DNA of 64,000 nt from Camelus ferus. Its lineage: Eukaryota. The notes beneath the pieces are model-generated. The model had not been told where the DNA came from. It was given only the letters and a program-made list of their open reading frames with translations, and ran no database searches. The stretch's first letter is position 1, and each line of letters starts with the position of its first letter. Where the stretch lies: positions 62,622,001 through 62,686,000 of the forward strand of contig NC_045696.1 in NCBI RefSeq assembly GCF_009834535.1. Reading direction: 5' to 3'. Position numbers and translations under genes: made by a program. This document shows positions 60,147-64,000 of the stretch, in pieces.

Positions 60147-60984
60147 TCATGGTTAAGTGCGGTTGTCTCATGTTCAGTGAACCGAGAAGGGCAAGGACTT
60201 CTCTAACATCCGCGTGAGTGAATCATGGGGCTGGGATGTCTGCAGCCCAAGCTTTGTCAGGATGGCCCTCTTCAGAGAGACAGCTCGAACCCTGATGGCA
60301 GACACTGATGATAACCCCTAGAGTGGCCCTTTAGCCTGGACCTCTGTGAAGGTGGCAGAAAGGTTTGTTGGAAATGATTAGTTCCATCCATAGGTACACA
60401 GAGCCGCAGAGGGGCTTTGGATAAAATCCCACTTCTTTCTCCAAGGTGGTGGTGGGACCCCTGAGCCAGCTGCTAAGGGGACAGACTGTGGTTGTTGATC
60501 GGGATTCCTCCTCCGGTCCTGCCGAGGGGGCCTCTTCCAGGGTCCTGCTTGTTTGTCTTGCATGCTGGTGCCCAGGCCCAGTGGTGCATCCACATACACC
60601 AGCTCTTCATTCACGCTGTAGATTAATTTCAGTGTCTGATAATGCAGTTGATCAGCATTTAATTCCAAGCAGCAAGCCTCTATCAGTTGATTTTTATAGA
60701 GATTTGTTTTTTTCCAGTGTGCTTGGCAAAGTGCCTCCCAATATTTACTCATTAACTGGAGAATTGGTTTTTGCACTTCCATCTGAAGACTCTGCGGCTT
60801 TTACCTGAATTTTCTGTCATGATCAATATTCTTAGTGGGGGAGTGGCGGGGATATCTTGCTCCTTGTGACAGAAGTCATTTCCCAAATTGGCTGTCGAGA
60901 ACCGTGGATGCCCTGACCTTGCGAACACTGTGAAGCTCTTCTACGAAGACCGGGGCGTTCACGTTAAAGGTCCTGTTCTGTATC

Positions 60985-61140
60985 ACACAATGGTTAAGAG
61001 CACTTGAGCAACACTGCCTGGGGCTGAAGGCAGCTCTGCCACTTAGTGACTGAAAATAATAGTATCTGCCTGTGAAGAGTATCGAGTTAATACATGCAGC
61101 GTGCTTACACGTAGATGATACCGGGCACAGAAGTGCTAGA
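60985..61140 (+). mobile_element. MIR SINE (internally deleted)
   Basis: tggttaagagcac...ctgcctggg...ctctgccacttag...gagttaatacatg. Confidence 0.75.
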
Positions 61141-63076
61141 TGCACGCTCGCTCTTACCGTACCCGTCTGTGTGGCTTTGGTTGGGATGTCCCTACAGCCC
61201 AGCTCTCTGTGCTCGATAACCTTTTCTGGAGTCAGCATGGCGTAGATCTCGTTCTTCAGGCACTTGGTCTTCCCAGGATGAACCAGCTGGGTGGCTCTTC
61301 TCTAAAACTCCGGAGGTGGGTGGGAAGAGAAGTTCTACCTTGCATGACTCCTCTCCCAGAGCCTGCTTCCTGCTGAGAGTTACTCATCCTTTTTATGAAT
61401 CACCTGTGCCAGTTATTACCTCCTTAGTTTGCATCTCTCCCTTCCCAAGCATACTTCTGGGATGTTTCCCTCCATAATTACTCCACAGTCAGGAAATGCA
61501 ACTTAGTTTTTATAGTCCCAGCCAGACAGACTTGGGTGAACCTGACATACGCTGTGTATCTCCCAGCCTCAGGTGAATGGTTATTGTATTATCGCCATTA
61601 TGAATTAGTTACATTTTGGCTAGTCTGACTTTATGGATGAGGGAAAGTTAAGTGAAGCCTGGAATTAGCACAGGAGCCAGGCACAGCTCAGGTGGGCTCC
61701 TCTCTCAAACTGAATGGGAGGTAGTGGGTGGGTGGGGCCGGTGTAAGCTCCCCCTAGTTTTGTGTCTGCAGGTCTTTCTCGGAAGCCTCTGGGTTTGCGT
61801 TTTGATAAGCTCCTGGTCTGGGTTAGGGGAGTGTGTGAGGCAAATTGGGTTTCTGGAGAGGGAGAGTGATCACTTGTGTCACATGTCCGTGACTGGTTAG
61901 TACGATGAGGGCTGGATTTAGCAACTTGAAGGTCGTCTGTGACCTTGATGAGCAGCCTCACTGGAGCACTGACAAGTATGAACCTGAGTGGAACTGATAT
62001 ATAATCGTTTGCCTTTTTATAGTACATTTAATGTGTTTAGATTGTCTCAGTTTTCCCCGTGTTAGATTATGATGCTTGTGAACATCTTCAGGTATATAGT
62101 TTTTCTTTTTAAATATTATTTCATAAGGATAATCATCACAGTAAGGTTACTGAACCAAAGGACTAAAACATTTTAATATTATGCCACTAATATTTGACTC
62201 TCTCTCTTTTGTGGAGTCCCTAAAACAATTTGTAATAGCAGTGCGCTTTTTTGCTGTAAATAAATATCCCAGTTAGAGACTGAGACTGGCTGCTATTGTT
62301 TTAAGTTAAAAGCTAATTGAGCTGTGAAAACTCATTGCCAATTCAGTAGCAGGAGGTGCAGAAAATAATTGCCTCGATGTATATTGATTTTTTTTCAATC
62401 CAAGGTGGTTATACTGTGAGATAATTGACCAACACTTCCTTTTAAAAGGACATGTCAGTTCCAAAGCAAAGGATTTTCTTCTGCTAGTTGCTCCATCTGT
62501 CTTGAAACCTACTTCTTTTTAAAAATTTTCCATGAAAAGACAATGACTTAAAAAATTATAGCCGACTTATTCTCATCTCATTCTAATATTCCTCATTACT
62601 TTGGTATTTTAGTTCCTGCAAAGATTTTTATAATAATTTCTTTTTCCTGTCTGATGTGACTCTTACATTTTCTTTTACATAACCTGGGCCCCGACTCTTA
62701 ATAGAATGAAATTATGACAAAACTCCAAGCAAGTTATTTATTCAGATTTCAGAAGAGAAAGCAGAGGCCTCATCCTTCCCTCATGTTTGCATCACAGGTC
62801 TGACTCATCTCGGGGTCTCTCCCTCTGTTTTTTTTTTCCCCCTAAGACGTGTTGCTGAAAGATTAAAGGAATAGGAATAGTCCTCAGACCTCTGAACACA
62901 CCAGTTGCCCCAGGAGTAATATTTGTGTATGTCAAGGTTGCTGGTCCAGTGGTCATGCTGGAAGGGATGAGGAGGAAGCCAGGGCTTGGTGTGCAGTGGG
63001 GGAACAGGGCAGGGTCAGTGGATGAGGTTAGGGAGCATCTAGCCCTGCCCAGCGGTCCCCTGAAGGGTTGCTAGGC

Positions 63077-63265
63077 CAGCGTCCAGTATCTTGAGCTGGC
63101 CCTGGCCACAAGTGGCTATTTAAATTTAAATTAATTAAAAGTAAATAAAAATCCAATTCCTCAGTCACACTAGTCATATTTCTTGTGCTCAGCAGCCAAA
63201 TGTGATTGAACAGCACAGAAATGGAACATTTTCATCACTGTAGAAAGTTCTGTTAGACAGTGCTG
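63077..63265 (-). mobile_element. MER3-like hAT-Charlie element
   Basis: gtggctatttaaatttaaattaattaaaa...ttcctcagtcacactagtcatattt...gaacattttcatcactgtagaaagttctgttagacagtgctg, followed by ttctagag (Charlie-type NTCTAGAN target). Confidence 0.88.
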
Positions 63266-63724
63266 TTCTAGAGGGCGTGGCAGCCTCCTGGGGAGGTTGA
63301 GAGGCCAACATTTAGGGTACTTGTTGGCCAAGCCCCTGTACAGGGGATGGGGTTCAGCTTCCTAGAAGAAAGGAAGTTGTAGGTGATCTGGGAAAGCAGG
63401 CCATGGCCTTGGGCTGGAAGGAACAGCAGTGCCAAGCAAGGACACTGAGAATCCCAGACACACACTGGGTCACCCCCAGTGAGAAGGAAAAGGGACTGTA
63501 ACTTGGAGATCAGAGCAAGTCCCAGGGCCACTGAAGCACCCTGGGTACCTTAACCACCAAGTGGAGAGCCTGCAGCTGGGGCTGGGGTTGCTGAAATCCT
63601 GCCCACCGGAGGGGCTAGGCCTGCCAGGAGGGGCTTCAGCTGGGGTGCTGGGAAGGCAGGGCCCCTCAGAGCCAGTTCCAGAGAGCTGTGTGAGCAGAGT
63701 TGGTGGGATGGGCAGAAAGGGGGT

Positions 63725-64000
63725 GCTATCCAAGGGTTTGTTGATTTTTTTGATCTTTAGAAAGAACTTTTTGTTTCTTGTTTTCTCTGTAGAGTTTTTC
63801 TGTTTTCTCTTTAATTGATTTACGCTCTCTCTTTTTGATTTACTTTCTTCTGATTGCTTTGTTTTTTATCTTGTTCTTCTGTTTCTAGTTTATTAAGCTG
63901 AAGGTTAGGTTATTTGTTTGAGATTCTTCTTTTCTGATACAGACATTTAAAAGCTATACATTTTCCTCTAAGCATTGCTTTAGCTCTATCTCACCTATTT
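63725..64000 (-). mobile_element. L1 ORF2 internal fragment (just downstream of the endonuclease domain), truncated by the window end
   Basis: gaaggttaggttatttgtttgagattc...gctatacattttcctctaagcattgctttagct; reverse translation resembles the L1 motif AKAVLRGKFIA. Confidence 0.8.

Larger units (their letters stand above)
35025..64000 (+). other. XXYLT1: XXYLT1 intron 2 (phase 1; runs beyond the window)
   Basis: Donor at 35025. No exon encoding the expected DLD (DXD) motif segment was found before the window end. Confidence 0.85.

Noticed and set aside
60378..60782. 134-aa protein-like ORF on the - strand
   Set aside because: No recognisable homology, poly-A tail or TSD to support a gene or retrocopy. 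BLASTP/PhyloCSF would be decisive.
7000..63800. Hundreds of 60-280 aa intronic ORFs (e.g. 29847..30695, 24390..25073, 23169..23813, 38614..39228)
   Set aside because: Many start at GTG/TTG, overlap in all frames and cross repeats, and none shows a recognisable protein family; consistent with stop-poor GC-rich intron.
1..64000. CRISPR arrays, operons, prokaryotic defence systems, full-length ERV, NUMT, snoRNA/miRNA genes, XXYLT1 exons 3-4
   Set aside because: The sequence is a spliced mammalian locus and I saw none of these by eye. An Rfam/Infernal scan would be needed to exclude small structured RNAs.

Overview
This is mammalian genomic DNA, most likely camelid: it carries four tRNA-Ala-derived vic-1-type SINEs and a little-diverged L1 3' end resembling camelid L1s. 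The window holds the 5' part of XXYLT1 (xyloside alpha-1,3-xylosyltransferase, GT8 family, Notch EGF O-glucose elongation) on the + strand. Its structure here is a CpG-island promoter, coding exon 1 (5472-5975), a 28.9-kb intron 1, exon 2 (34877-35024) and the start of a long intron 2; exons 3-4 were not found. The first ~0.7 kb looks like the polyadenylated end of an upstream gene's 3'UTR, which synteny suggests is ACAP2. The rest is intron with MIR, L2, L1, hAT/MER, MaLR and ERV1-type remnants. I found no convincing new multi-gene system, and almost all ORF-track entries are chance ORFs in GC-rich intron. The best leads are: a MER41-like solo LTR retaining tandem GAS (STAT) motifs plus an IRF motif; an in-frame strong-Kozak upstream ATG; a candidate poison exon; a candidate L1-assisted alternative last exon; and co-oriented CTCF motifs. 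Repeat families were named by eye from remembered consensus sequences, and repeat boundaries without TSDs are approximate.
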